Shown here one piece after another: positions 9,531 through 18,726 of a stretch of DNA of 64,000 bases (the first letter of the stretch is position 1; every line of letters starts with the position of its first letter). The DNA comes from Acidobacteriota bacterium (lineage in GTDB: Bacteria; Acidobacteriota; UBA6911; RPQK01; JAJDTT01): contig CBDCJH010000002.1 in the NCBI GenBank assembly GCA_965217775.1, positions 1,152,001 to 1,216,000 on the forward strand, in the 5' to 3' direction. The notes under the pieces were generated by a model. The model saw only the letters and a program-made list of their open reading frames with translations, had not been told where the DNA came from and did not search any database. Position numbers and translations under genes: made by a program.

Positions 9531-10478
9531 TCAGGAGACCACGCGGGGTGCGACGGGCAACCAGGTGCGGTCCTGCCGGACGAGGGTGTTGGCCAGGACG
9601 ATGAGCTTGCGCATGACGGCGACGAGGGCCACCTTGCCGGGCTTGCCGCGCTCTCTCAGCCTCCGGTACACCTCGGCCAAGTCGGGGTTCCAGCGCAGGG
9701 CGGACACCGCCGGCATGTACAGGAGCCGTCGCGCCCGCGCCCGTCCGCCGCGGATGAACGCCCGGCCCTGCCAAGCCCCCGACTCGCGCGGAACGGCGGC
9801 CAACCCGGCCAGACTGGCGGCGGCCTTGCCGCTGAGGGCGCCCAACTCGGGCATCTCGGCCAGCAGACCGGCGGCGGTGGTGGCCGCGATCCCCGGGATG
9901 GAGGTGAGGATCTCCAACTTGCGGGCCCGCGCCTCGTCGGCCGCGATCAGCGTCTGCATTTTGCGGTCGATGGTGCGCACGTGACGCTCGAACATGTTGA
10001 TCTGGGTCTGGTGCTGCTGTTTCAACACGGGTTCGCGGAGCTGTTGGCGGCGGTTGAGCGTGGCCGTGCGCTGGCGCATCAGCCCGTCCCGGACCATCTG
10101 CAGTTCCTGGAGCCGGCGTTGCGTTTTCGACGGCGCCGGGGTCCGGCGCGGATCCAGGCTGGCGGCCAACTGGGCCAGTTTCCGAGCGTCTACGGCGTCG
10201 GTCTTGGCACGGCTCCCGGTCGCCTCGGCGAAGCGCCGCGCCTGCCAGGGGTTCACCTTCGCCAGCGGCAGCTTCGCTTTGGACAGCGCTTCCTCGAGGT
10301 CCCGGTGGTAGGGGCCGGTGGCCTCGTAGACGACGCACTCGACCGGAGTTCCGATCCAATCGATCAGCGCCCGGAAGCCGGCCGGGTCATTGTCGAACTG
10401 GGCGGAATGGCCGTCGGCCAGCCGGTGCGCGTCCAGGTGCGCTTTCGAGATGTCGATGCCTACGGTATGCTGTTTCAT
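9531..10478 (-). CDS. IS110 family transposase/recombinase
   Basis: VGIDISK, YEATG and AKTDAVDA (DEDD RuvC-like) motifs; C-terminal SIPGI...RESG...GGRARARRLLY. Confidence 0.95.
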   Translation of the reverse strand: MKQHTVGIDISKAHLDAHRLADGHSAQFDNDPAGFRALIDWIGTPVECVVYEATGPYHRDLEEALSKAKLPLAKVNPWQARRFAEATGSRAKTDAVDARKLAQLAASLDPRRTPAPSKTQRRLQELQMVRDGLMRQRTATLNRRQQLREPVLKQQHQTQINMFERHVRTIDRKMQTLIAADEARARKLEILTSIPGIAATTAAGLLAEMPELGALSGKAAASLAGLAAVPRESGAWQGRAFIRGGRARARRLLYMPAVSALRWNPDLAEVYRRLRERGKPGKVALVAVMRKLIVLANTLVRQDRTWLPVAPRVVS

Positions 10479-10484
10479 CTTTCC

Positions 10485-10612
10485 TGTCTCCTGTGCTTGT
10501 CATTCGGGCCATGATGCCCTTGTATCCATTCAGGACATCGGGAAAGACGGTGGCCGACCTCACTCCACATCCGGATCTGACGGTCAGCGGCGACACGGTC
10601 CAGCCACCGCCG
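10485..10612 (-). ncRNA. putative IS110 bridge RNA (left-end encoded); boundaries approximate
   Basis: On the minus strand it carries target guides GTCGCCGCT and TGGAG and donor guides ATGGATAC and GACAAG, in bridge-RNA order, matching the target and the element junction. Confidence 0.72.
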
Positions 10613-10658
10613 TCCGGGTCGCTCATGAGCGACCCGGACGGCCCTATTTAAACAGACA

Positions 10659-10880
10659 AGCGGCGGCTTTCTTGCCGCCGACCAGGGGGGTTAGGGGGGA
10701 CGGAGTCCCCACTCTACACTTTCCGGCCTCTACACTTTGCGGCCACCGAATCGCATAGCAACACAGAAGACCAGGCGACAAGAAAGTCGCCTGTCCCAAT
10801 GGGCGGCAAGAAAGCCGCCCCTCCTAATGGGCGGCAAGAAAGCCGCCCCTCCTAATGGGCGACAAGAAAGTCGCCCCTCC
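10659..10880. repeat. REP cluster (GGCG[G/A]CAAGAAAG[C/T]CGCC palindromes)
   Basis: One copy at 10659-10680 and four tandem copies of about 28-bp period at 10774-10880, in the opposite orientation. Confidence 0.85.
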
Positions 10881-12094
10881 TAATGCGGACCCCGGTTGTG
10901 CCACCAGCGCAACTCCAGGCCCCGCTCGTTGACGGCGACCACGTCGGGCCACTCATCCCCGTCCATGTCCGCCACGATCACGGTGGCGCCCAGAATCCAA
11001 TGCTCCTTCAGCGGGTGCTTCTTCCAGGGCGCCGTGGGATCTCCGGAATTCTCGAACCAGGCAACCTGCCCCTTCTGGCCGAACCCGGTGGCCACCACGT
11101 CCAGGTCGCCGTCCTTGTCCAGATCGTGGGGGACACCCTCGAAGCCGTACCAGAAACCTTCCTGGATGTTGTGCATGCGCCAGCGGTGGCCCCGTCCGGG
11201 TTCGCCAGTGTTCTCGTACCAGACCAGATAGTGGCGGTCGGGAGCATCTCTCCCCAGCAGCCCACCCGCCATGATCAGGTCCAGGTCGCCGTCCCGGTCG
11301 AGGTCGACGGGCGTCCCATGCATGGGAAGGTGGCGGAGGCTGATGACGTGCCGCCTCCAGGGACCGGCGGCCGGATTACCGCTGTTCTCGTACCAGAGAA
11401 CCATGCCGGCCACCCGGGCCGAACCTACGAGATCCATGAGCCCGTCCCCGTTGAAGTCTCCTGCCCGGATCATCCGCGTCTCGAACCGGCCTTCGTCCAC
11501 GACATGGGTGGGCCATTCCTCGTGCTGCCACGGACCGGGATTCCGATACCAGGTGAACTTGTTCCCGAGCCGCCAACTGGAAGCGGCCACATCCGGGCGG
11601 CCGTCCCCGTCCAGATCGGCCACGTCCACGTCGTAGGCCCCCATGAGGCCGCCGCTGGTGATGGAGTGTCTTTTCCACGATTTGGTCTGCGCCGGATTTC
11701 CCGGGTTCTCGAACCAGAAGACGTCGCCGTAGAAATTGTCGATCCCGACCAGATCGATACGCCCGTCCTGGTTGATGTCCGCCAGCCGGTGCCGTTCGTA
11801 ACGGCCTTGCCAGTCTTCGCTGGCGATGGAATGGCGCCGGAACTTGCCGGATCCGTCGTTCTCGTACCAGTAGAAGGCGTTGTGGATGCGGGATCCCTTG
11901 GTCCCGCAATCGGAACTGGTGAGATCCAGGTCGCCGTCACCGTCCAGGTCGGCCGCGGCCACGGCGTAGGCGTAGGTGTAGTCGTTGGAGATGAGGTGTT
12001 CCTCGAACTTCAGGTCACGGGCCTGAAGCAGCAGGCTCGCAGTGACGAGTCCGAGGCAGATTCCGTAGGTGTTTCGATACTTGGACCAATTCAT
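10880..12094 (-). CDS. secreted FG-GAP/VCBS repeat protein
   Basis: Repeated DLDGDGDLD / DFNGDGLMD motifs followed by WYEN; signal peptide; GGGAGG RBS. Confidence 0.9.
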   Translation of the reverse strand: MNWSKYRNTYGICLGLVTASLLLQARDLKFEEHLISNDYTYAYAVAAADLDGDGDLDLTSSDCGTKGSRIHNAFYWYENDGSGKFRRHSIASEDWQGRYERHRLADINQDGRIDLVGIDNFYGDVFWFENPGNPAQTKSWKRHSITSGGLMGAYDVDVADLDGDGRPDVAASSWRLGNKFTWYRNPGPWQHEEWPTHVVDEGRFETRMIRAGDFNGDGLMDLVGSARVAGMVLWYENSGNPAAGPWRRHVISLRHLPMHGTPVDLDRDGDLDLIMAGGLLGRDAPDRHYLVWYENTGEPGRGHRWRMHNIQEGFWYGFEGVPHDLDKDGDLDVVATGFGQKGQVAWFENSGDPTAPWKKHPLKEHWILGATVIVADMDGDEWPDVVAVNERGLELRWWHNRGPH

Positions 12095-12284
12095 GACGCC
12101 TCCCAGTTTTCCAGAGACCATAGCTTGCCCACTTTGCCGGTATCAAGGACCCGGCGCCATTGGTTCCGGTCTCCACAGGTGTCGATAGACTGAAGTGGTG
12201 ATCAAGTTTTTCGAGAAACAATGAAACTTTCGCCGGGCTTCGGGGTTTTCATTAGGACGATGGGATCGAAATCGCCAGTGCGTT

Positions 12285-12827
12285 ATGACCGACACCAGCG
12301 CTTTTGAAGCGTTCGTTTGCAAGCACCAGGACCGGGTCTTCGGCATCGCCGTGCGGTTGCTGGGGGATCAGGCCGAGGCCGAGGACGTTTCCCAGACCGT
12401 CTTCCTGAAGGCGTTCGAACGTTTCGAACGGTTGGGGAGCAACCCTTCGGCAGGAGGCTGGCTGAGAACGGTGACCACGAACCTGTGCCTGAACCACCTG
12501 TCCCGTTATCGGGCGCGCTGGCGTCTGTTCAGCCAGCGATCGCCCGATGCAGCCGGAGCCGGACGGAGCTACGAAGAGCGTCTGGTTGTGCCCGGGTCCC
12601 AGTCGGCGGACCTGGAACGCGCCGGCGAGCATGCGCGGTTGGAGCAGGGAATTCGTGGGTTGCCGCCTCATCAACGTGTGCCGCTTGTGCTGTTTCATTT
12701 CGAAGATAAGAGTTATAGAGAGATCGCCGGAATCCTGGGTGTCACCCTGGCCAAGGTCAAGACCGACATCCACCGGGGCCGCCAGGCTCTCCGGCGCTTG
12801 ATGGAGATGAACGATGAACGGCAATGA
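12285..12827 (+). CDS. ECF RNA polymerase sigma factor
   Basis: AEDVSQTVFLKAF and WLRTVTTNLCLN (region 2); SYREIAGILGVTLAKVKTDIHRGR (region 4). Confidence 0.93.
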   Translation: MTDTSAFEAFVCKHQDRVFGIAVRLLGDQAEAEDVSQTVFLKAFERFERLGSNPSAGGWLRTVTTNLCLNHLSRYRARWRLFSQRSPDAAGAGRSYEERLVVPGSQSADLERAGEHARLEQGIRGLPPHQRVPLVLFHFEDKSYREIAGILGVTLAKVKTDIHRGRQALRRLMEMNDERQ

Positions 12828-13266
12828 TCCGGAGTCCATGATTCATCGAAGACTGTCCCAACTCCCGCCGCCGCGTGCGCCGAGAACACTCGTTCCCCGG
12901 GTGATGGCTCGGGTTCGAACGCGGCGTCAGAGTCCTTGGTATGCGCAGCCTTGGATCGCTTGGCCGCGGGTTTGGCAAGTGGTGTCGGTGACGCTGCTCC
13001 TGGGCCTTTGCAGTATGGCTTGGCACGTCGTCGAAGGCGCACGTGGCCTTTTCGATTTCTCCTGGGCCACGAGGGTAGAGACGAGCATCATTGCCGTCAC
13101 CGACACGATTTCGGCGCTGGCGGAAAGTGGGCGGATCCTGCGTCGTGTGATTCTGGAACCGGTTGCCGGACATCTCATGATCGTGATCGTGGTCGTGTGC
13201 ATGGCGAGCGCGTTGCTCGGTGCGGCACTGGCCCGTTTGCTCCAGGAAAGGGAGGCTGGACGATGA
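12814..13266 (+). CDS. membrane protein, putative anti-sigma factor
   Basis: Overlaps the sigma stop; N-terminal LPPPRAPRTLVPRVMAR followed by two hydrophobic segments. Confidence 0.6.
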   Translation: MNGNDPESMIHRRLSQLPPPRAPRTLVPRVMARVRTRRQSPWYAQPWIAWPRVWQVVSVTLLLGLCSMAWHVVEGARGLFDFSWATRVETSIIAVTDTISALAESGRILRRVILEPVAGHLMIVIVVVCMASALLGAALARLLQEREAGR

Positions 13267-14744
13267 AGTTCGCTTGGGCATTTTCGGGATTGTTGGTCGT
13301 GGCGCTGGGTCTCTCCGCGGGTTGTGGCCTCGATTCGAGCGGGCCTGACGCGCCTCCGGTTCCAGGGATTCTGGAAGTCGGCAGCGATGACGGTGAAGTG
13401 GTGAAGATCGGCGGGAACTACGTTCTCCCAAAAGATCAAGAGGTCGAAAGGCTCGTCGTCATCTCGGGTCTGGCTCGAATCGAGGGGACGGTCAAGGACG
13501 AAATGGTGGTGATCGCCGGCGGAGCGACGCTTGCCGGCAGCGCCCGCGTCCAGGGCAATGTCGTGGTCTTGGGAGGAACGGTCGAAGTCGAGGAGGGAGC
13601 CACCGTACAAAGAGATCTGGTGGTGCTTGGAGGTGGGTTGGAGGTTCCCCCCGGCTTCGAACCGGGCGGAGAACAGGTATCGATCGGGACAATTCCTACA
13701 GGAGGGATGCTGGCCGAAGTGATTCCCTGGTTCACCCAAGGGCTGTTTCTGGGCCGGCCTATCGTGCCGAGTCTAACCTGGATCTGGGCTGTCGTGGCCG
13801 TTCTGGCACTCTTGTATCTGCTGATCAACTTTATCTTCTCCGGTCCCGTGCACGCTTGCGCTCAAGCTCTCGCCGACAAGCCGCTGAGCGTGGGTCTGGT
13901 GGGCATGTTGGTGGTGGTCTTGATTGCTCCCCTGTCTTTGATGCTGGTGGTGTCCGTTATCGGGCTGGTGCTGATTCCGTTCTTCTGGGTCATGCTCCTG
14001 GTCGCCGGACTCGTGGGGAGTGTGGGTGTGGCCCGCTGGATCGGAACCCGTGTTCTGGCTGAGGAGTCTCCGGAAAACCGTGTCGATGCAGCGCGGTCGC
14101 TGCTGATCGGACTTGCCTTGATCACTCTGGTCTTCATGATTCCTGTCCTGGGTTTCGCCGCATGGTCCGTGTTGTGCGTACTGGCATTGGGCGCGGCGGC
14201 GACCGAAGCCTTTGCGGGTTTGAGGCGAGAAAATCCGGCCGCACCGTCCCCGGCCGCGCCATCGCCGCCGCCGGTACCGGCAGGAAGCGGACCAGCGGAT
14301 GACAAAGCTGTGGAATCCGCCGCACAAACGGCATCGCAAGACGAACGCGTTTCGGCGGACGACCTTTCCGCGTTTCAGAGAGCCACCTTTCTGGTTCGAC
14401 TGGGGGCTTTCCTGATTGATCTCGCCATGGTGGCCTTCTTGACGCACCTCCTGGAGATAGGAGGAGGAAAAACGTTTCTGCTTTTCTTGATCTATCGCAT
14501 CGCACACTGGAGTTGGCAGGGGACGACGGTCGGCGGCATCATCTGCCGTTTGCGCGTCGTGCGCACCGATGGAACCCCGATCCGCTTCACCGAGGCGGCG
14601 GTGCGGGGACTCAGCAGCATCCTTTCGACGTTGGTCGTGGGACTGGGATGGCTCTGGATTCTCTGGGATCCGGAGCGGCAGGCATGGCACGACAAGATCG
14701 CGGGAACCCTCGTGGTTCGAGTCCCGGCCGATTGGCCCCGGTGA
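13263..14744 (+). CDS. beta-helix (bactofilin-like) / multi-TM / RDD-domain protein
   Basis: Repeated VVIxG.A...G.V segments, several TM helices and a C-terminal RDD domain (RLGAFLID...RQAWHDKIAGTLVV); ATGA overlap with the upstream gene. Confidence 0.8.
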   Translation: MKFAWAFSGLLVVALGLSAGCGLDSSGPDAPPVPGILEVGSDDGEVVKIGGNYVLPKDQEVERLVVISGLARIEGTVKDEMVVIAGGATLAGSARVQGNVVVLGGTVEVEEGATVQRDLVVLGGGLEVPPGFEPGGEQVSIGTIPTGGMLAEVIPWFTQGLFLGRPIVPSLTWIWAVVAVLALLYLLINFIFSGPVHACAQALADKPLSVGLVGMLVVVLIAPLSLMLVVSVIGLVLIPFFWVMLLVAGLVGSVGVARWIGTRVLAEESPENRVDAARSLLIGLALITLVFMIPVLGFAAWSVLCVLALGAAATEAFAGLRRENPAAPSPAAPSPPPVPAGSGPADDKAVESAAQTASQDERVSADDLSAFQRATFLVRLGAFLIDLAMVAFLTHLLEIGGGKTFLLFLIYRIAHWSWQGTTVGGIICRLRVVRTDGTPIRFTEAAVRGLSSILSTLVVGLGWLWILWDPERQAWHDKIAGTLVVRVPADWPR

Positions 14745-14768
14745 CAACCGAAGTGACGAGCGAAAAAG

Positions 14769-14804
14769 TGTCCGAATTCGGACAGTTTGTCCCGATTTCG
14801 GACA
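14769..14804. repeat. tandem TGTCCG-N4/5-CGGACA palindromes (cluster 1)
   Basis: TGTCCGAATTCGGACA and TGTCCCGATTTCGGACA. Confidence 0.8.
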
Positions 14805-14924
14805 CCTGGGACCGACTCGATATACCGTCACGGATTCCGCTGCCCATGGACCTCTGTTACCCGGAAGGGCCACCCGGATTCGCGGATGATCTATCGTAGT
14901 CGGTTTAGAGGTAACAAATCTGCC

Positions 14925-15194
14925 ATGACCTCAACCATCGACAGAGCTGGCCGTATCGTGATTCCCAAGGCGATTCGAGACGCGGCGCGGCTGGAACCGG
15001 GTACCAGAGTCAGATTTCGGGTCGTTTCCGGACGGGTTCAGATTGAACCGGTGCCACTTGAAGTCACGCTTGAGCAGCGCGGTTCACTTGTCGTCGCCGT
15101 TCCGGGCCCGGACCAGCCGGCCTTGAAGGCCTCCACGGTGAAGCGCACGATGGATTTGGTTCATGATCGCGGAGCCGCGAAGGGTGCTTCCTGA
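14925..15194 (+). CDS. AbrB/MazE/SpoVT-family antitoxin
   Basis: MTSTIDRAGRIVIPKAIRDAARLEPGTRVRF is a classic AbrB N-terminus. Confidence 0.88.
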   Translation: MTSTIDRAGRIVIPKAIRDAARLEPGTRVRFRVVSGRVQIEPVPLEVTLEQRGSLVVAVPGPDQPALKASTVKRTMDLVHDRGAAKGAS

Positions 15195-15272
15195 TTGAGT
15201 CGGTGTCTCTGCGACACCAGTCGTCTCGTCTCAGTGTTGTGCCGCCCGCGTCATTCCCGCCACTACGAAGAC
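15195..15272 (+). pseudogene. truncated PIN-domain (VapC-like) toxin N-terminus
   Basis: Starts immediately after the antitoxin stop; MSRCLCDTSRLV matches the PIN xxxDTS start, then runs into the antisense strand of creD. Confidence 0.5.
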
Positions 15273-16627
15273 CCGGATGATTCAGGAGGCCGAGATCCTG
15301 CCGTGTACCAGTCCACGCGCCGCGTGGCGTACATGATCGCCGCGAGGATGACGAAGAGGCCGAGCGATCCGATGAGAAGAGCATAGTCCTCGTTCATGAG
15401 GAGGATGTAGAGGTAGGCGTAGAGCAGGGCGACGCCGGCGGCGAGAAGCGAGGCAAGCCGTTTACGGTGCAGTACCGCCGCCGAGTACGCCCCCACCAGG
15501 GCGATGATCGATATGCTCGCCATGGCATATGCGAGAGGGAACCCGATGTGCTCGGACAGTGAGAGCTCCAGCAGGTAGAAGAGACAGAGCGCGCCTCCGA
15601 GCATGAGGTATTGGATCGGATGGACGCGAACGCCGACCAGAACTTCAATCAGCCAGACGACGGCGAAGGGGAGAAGGATGAAGAGGAACGCGTACTTTAC
15701 GCTCCGCTCCGCCATCCGATAGTGGTCCACTGGATGGACCAGCTCGACACCGAAGCGTGAGCTGTCGATGGCTTCGCTCATCTTGGCCTCGGCCGTCCAC
15801 GCCTGCGGGTAGTTTCGGCCGAGAAACGGGATCGACCACTTGGCTTGGAAGGCAGTGGCCGACACGGAGCGCTCGGCCGGGAGCCAGTTGCCTTGGAAGC
15901 TGGGATGGGCGTAGTCCGACTGGAGCTCGGCGACGGTTTCCTGCCCGAAGGGAGTGAAGTAGAGACCGAGGCTGCCATTCAGAGAGAGCGGGAAAGAGAA
16001 TTTGAACCTCTCTGATGTGTCCGCCACGGCAACGACTGCGTGGATACCCGCAATCCCGTCCAGGAAGGCTCCGGTTCCCGGAAGAAATGACGCCGGCTGG
16101 CCGTTCCACGACACGGCCGTCTCTTCCTGGATTGCCCGCGCGTCGGATATTCCGACTGCCAGATAGGCTCGCTCCCAGTTGACCGCCGCAGGTTCGACAC
16201 CCAGCTCCGCGAAGCTGGGACGTGCAAACTCGCCTTCGACCGTGAGGCCGAGCCGATAGACCGGGACTGAGAAAATCCCCCGAGAGCGGGTCTCGCTGTC
16301 GATGGAGCCGCGAGTGTGGAGCCGCTCCGGCAGGAAGCTGGCGTTCCGGACCTCGGTGCGGGTGACTTCCTGGCCGCCTGTCGCGAACTCGGTCCAACGA
16401 TGGGTGTAGGGAACGACCAAGGCCGGCCCAGTGATGATCTGGGTGTTTCCCCACTTTGACGAAACCTCCGCCACTGCCTCTTGACGACGCTCTTGGCGCT
16501 CGGAAACCAATTCCGCAATCAGCGCGATCGGAATCTGGAGCAGTAGCGCCAGGAACCCGACCCACAAGAGACGCAGCATCTGAGAACTGCGAAGCGAGGA
16601 TGTCAACCGTTCGATCGAATCTTGCAT
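15263..16627 (-). CDS. creD: cell envelope integrity inner membrane protein CreD
   Basis: GPALVVPY, RSRGIFSVPVY, HPSFQGNWLP, ERSVKYAFLFI, VHPIQYLMLG, LSLSEHIGF and EDYALLIGS motifs. Confidence 0.93.
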   Translation of the reverse strand: MQDSIERLTSSLRSSQMLRLLWVGFLALLLQIPIALIAELVSERQERRQEAVAEVSSKWGNTQIITGPALVVPYTHRWTEFATGGQEVTRTEVRNASFLPERLHTRGSIDSETRSRGIFSVPVYRLGLTVEGEFARPSFAELGVEPAAVNWERAYLAVGISDARAIQEETAVSWNGQPASFLPGTGAFLDGIAGIHAVVAVADTSERFKFSFPLSLNGSLGLYFTPFGQETVAELQSDYAHPSFQGNWLPAERSVSATAFQAKWSIPFLGRNYPQAWTAEAKMSEAIDSSRFGVELVHPVDHYRMAERSVKYAFLFILLPFAVVWLIEVLVGVRVHPIQYLMLGGALCLFYLLELSLSEHIGFPLAYAMASISIIALVGAYSAAVLHRKRLASLLAAGVALLYAYLYILLMNEDYALLIGSLGLFVILAAIMYATRRVDWYTAGSRPPESSGSS

Positions 16628-16742
16628 TGAGTGCGCTCCATAAGCTTAGGGAGGATTCCGAAAAATAGCAGGAAAACGGGCTCCTTGTAACCGTTCCGCT
16701 CTTCGCAGGAGACGGAAAGACCTCCGGTCCCGCTCGCTGAAC

Positions 16743-17049
16743 TGTCCGATTTCGGACAGTCTGTCCCGAAATCGGACAGTTGCAACGGATTTTTCATGGA
16801 GTCACGCGCTGACGCACACGTGGTTTCGGGGAGGGCACCCACAAGGGGCGGAAGAGGGCACCCACAAGGGGCGCCCCTACGTGTCGCACGCGCTCGCCTG
16901 GAATCACGGACGATCGGTGATGATATTTTCATAGCACCCCGGCGAGAACTTTGCGTCAGGTGCCCTTGCCGGGTCTGAGAAAAGCCGGACGGACTGTCCG
17001 AAAACGGACAAACTGTTCGAAATTGGGATGAACTGTCCGAAATCGGACA
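16743..17049. repeat. TGTCCG-N4/5-CGGACA palindrome clusters 2 and 3
   Basis: Copies at 16743, 16762, 16995, 17014 (degenerate) and 17034; 19-20 bp period within each cluster. Confidence 0.8.
16832..16881 (-). repeat. GTAG-type REP (partly duplicated)
   Basis: Minus strand GTAGGGGCGCCCCTTGTGGGTGCCCT; related copies at 45703-45728, about 51119-51144 and about 59474-59499. Confidence 0.75.
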
Positions 17050-17065
17050 CTGGAGGAGAATTTCC

Positions 17066-18688
17066 ATGAGGCCATTCACGAATCGACTCGTTTCGGTAGC
17101 AGCGGCGCTGTTGGTTGGCACCGCCGGCTACACCTGTGCAGCGGGCTCGGAGAGTTCCCTGAAGCCGTCGCCGGACGCCGCCCTCTACGCTTACGGTTAC
17201 CATCAGCGCCCCTACCCGCTGGAACCGGGCCCTCATCTCTTCGTGGATTGGCGCTACGTGAATCCAGGGCACGTGAGTTACACCTACCGGGGAAAGCGGA
17301 TTCAGCGGGACCGGCCCGAGGAGTACGGTCCGGAGATCAACTCCCAGATCGAAGTCCATCCCCGCGACGTCCCCAGCGGGGTCCGGATCGAGGTGCAGCC
17401 GGCGGGCAAGCTGGGGCCTGTGATCCGGAACGACCGCCCGTGGGAGTTCTTCACGCCCTACGTCACCTTGATCCACCACGAAGGTAAGTACCTTCTTTTC
17501 TACAACACCACGACCTACCGGCTCGGCCGGAGCTCGGAAGGCTACATGGTCTGCTACGCCGAGTCCGAGGACGGATTGAACTACCGCAAACCGCCGCTGG
17601 GACAGGTGGAGTTCCAGGGCAGCCGCGAGAACAACCTCGTCCTGGGGCCGGGAGTCTGCAGATACGGGATTCACGGTCCCGCCATCTTCGTGGACCCCAG
17701 CGCCGAGCCGGCCGAGCGCTTCAAGGCCATCTACCAGGCCGCCGTCGACCAGGAGACCGTCGAAAGGCTGAAGGGCGTCCGCCCCGAGTCGGTGACGCCG
17801 GCCTCGAAGGACGGAACGGCTCTCATGGGGGCGGTCTCTCCGGATGGAATCCGGTGGCGGGAGCTGGAAGAGCCGCTCATGGGGCACGTCAGCGACACCG
17901 GGACCACGGCCTACTGGGACCAGCGCCTGGGCCGCTACGTGGGTTACTTCCGGATGGGGTTCTGGGGACGGCGCATGATCGGCCGGGCCGAGACCACCGA
18001 TTTCCGGCGCTGGCCCCGTCCCGAGATGGTGCTGGCCCCCAATCCTTCGGAGGCGGCCTGGGTTGACTACTACACCAACGGAAAAGCGCTCTACCCGGGC
18101 ACCAGCACCATGCACCTCATGTTTCCCATGATCTATCACCGGAACCTGGACACCAGCACGGTCCGGGTGGCCGCCAGCCTGGCGGGGAGGATCTGGAACT
18201 TCCTGCCCGGGGGGCCGGTCCTGGAGCCCGGTCCGGAGGGATCGTTCGATGCCGGTTGCCTCTTTCCAGGGGCCGGGCTGGCCGAGATCCCGGGAGACCG
18301 GGTCATCCTGCCCTACATCGGTTTCGCCGTTCCCCACAAGTTTCCCCGCCTCAGCCCGCTGGGGGAGGTCGCCTTCGCCGTCTGGCCCAAGCAGCGCCTG
18401 AGCGCCCTGGTGGCGGACGAGGTGGGGTCCTTCGTCACCAATCCCCTCTCCAGCCAGGGCAAGACCCTCTGGCTCAACTTCGACGCGGGCCGGAACGGTT
18501 CGGTTCAAGTGGAGGTGGTGGGCGTCGAGGGCAGAACCCTGGCCGAGTGCGATACCCTGTCTGGTGACCGGCTGTCGCAGCAGGTGACCTGGAAGGGCCG
18601 GCCGGATCTGGGAATCGATGCGGGTGAGTCCTTTCGCCTGCGGTTCCGGCTGCGCGGCGCCAAGCTCTTCGCCTTCGAGATGCGTTGA
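17066..18688 (+). CDS. secreted beta-propeller glycoside-hydrolase-like protein
   Basis: Signal/lipoprotein N-terminus; YAESEDGLNYRKP, SPDGIRW and FRLRGAKLFAF C-terminus; similar to 37088-38839. Confidence 0.6.
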   Translation: MRPFTNRLVSVAAALLVGTAGYTCAAGSESSLKPSPDAALYAYGYHQRPYPLEPGPHLFVDWRYVNPGHVSYTYRGKRIQRDRPEEYGPEINSQIEVHPRDVPSGVRIEVQPAGKLGPVIRNDRPWEFFTPYVTLIHHEGKYLLFYNTTTYRLGRSSEGYMVCYAESEDGLNYRKPPLGQVEFQGSRENNLVLGPGVCRYGIHGPAIFVDPSAEPAERFKAIYQAAVDQETVERLKGVRPESVTPASKDGTALMGAVSPDGIRWRELEEPLMGHVSDTGTTAYWDQRLGRYVGYFRMGFWGRRMIGRAETTDFRRWPRPEMVLAPNPSEAAWVDYYTNGKALYPGTSTMHLMFPMIYHRNLDTSTVRVAASLAGRIWNFLPGGPVLEPGPEGSFDAGCLFPGAGLAEIPGDRVILPYIGFAVPHKFPRLSPLGEVAFAVWPKQRLSALVADEVGSFVTNPLSSQGKTLWLNFDAGRNGSVQVEVVGVEGRTLAECDTLSGDRLSQQVTWKGRPDLGIDAGESFRLRFRLRGAKLFAFEMR

Positions 18689-18726
18689 GACCGGCGGTTG
18701 TTCGGAAGTTCTGGAGGTTGAGTTCC

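Larger units (their letters stand above)
9105..10660 (-). mobile_element. IS110-family element inserted into a REP
   Basis: AG (CT on the minus strand) core at 9105-9106 and 10659-10660; joining the flanks rebuilds the REP GGGAGCGGCGGCTTTCTTGCCGCCG; no TIR or TSD, as expected for IS110. Confidence 0.8.

Noticed and set aside
9531-9537. Alternative IS110 right end at GGAG 9534-9537
   Set aside because: The donor guide ATGGATAC matches the end at 9105-9113, not this site
10774-10880. Possible mini CRISPR array
   Set aside because: Palindromic units abut each other with no unique spacers; they match REP copies nearby; no cas genes in the window
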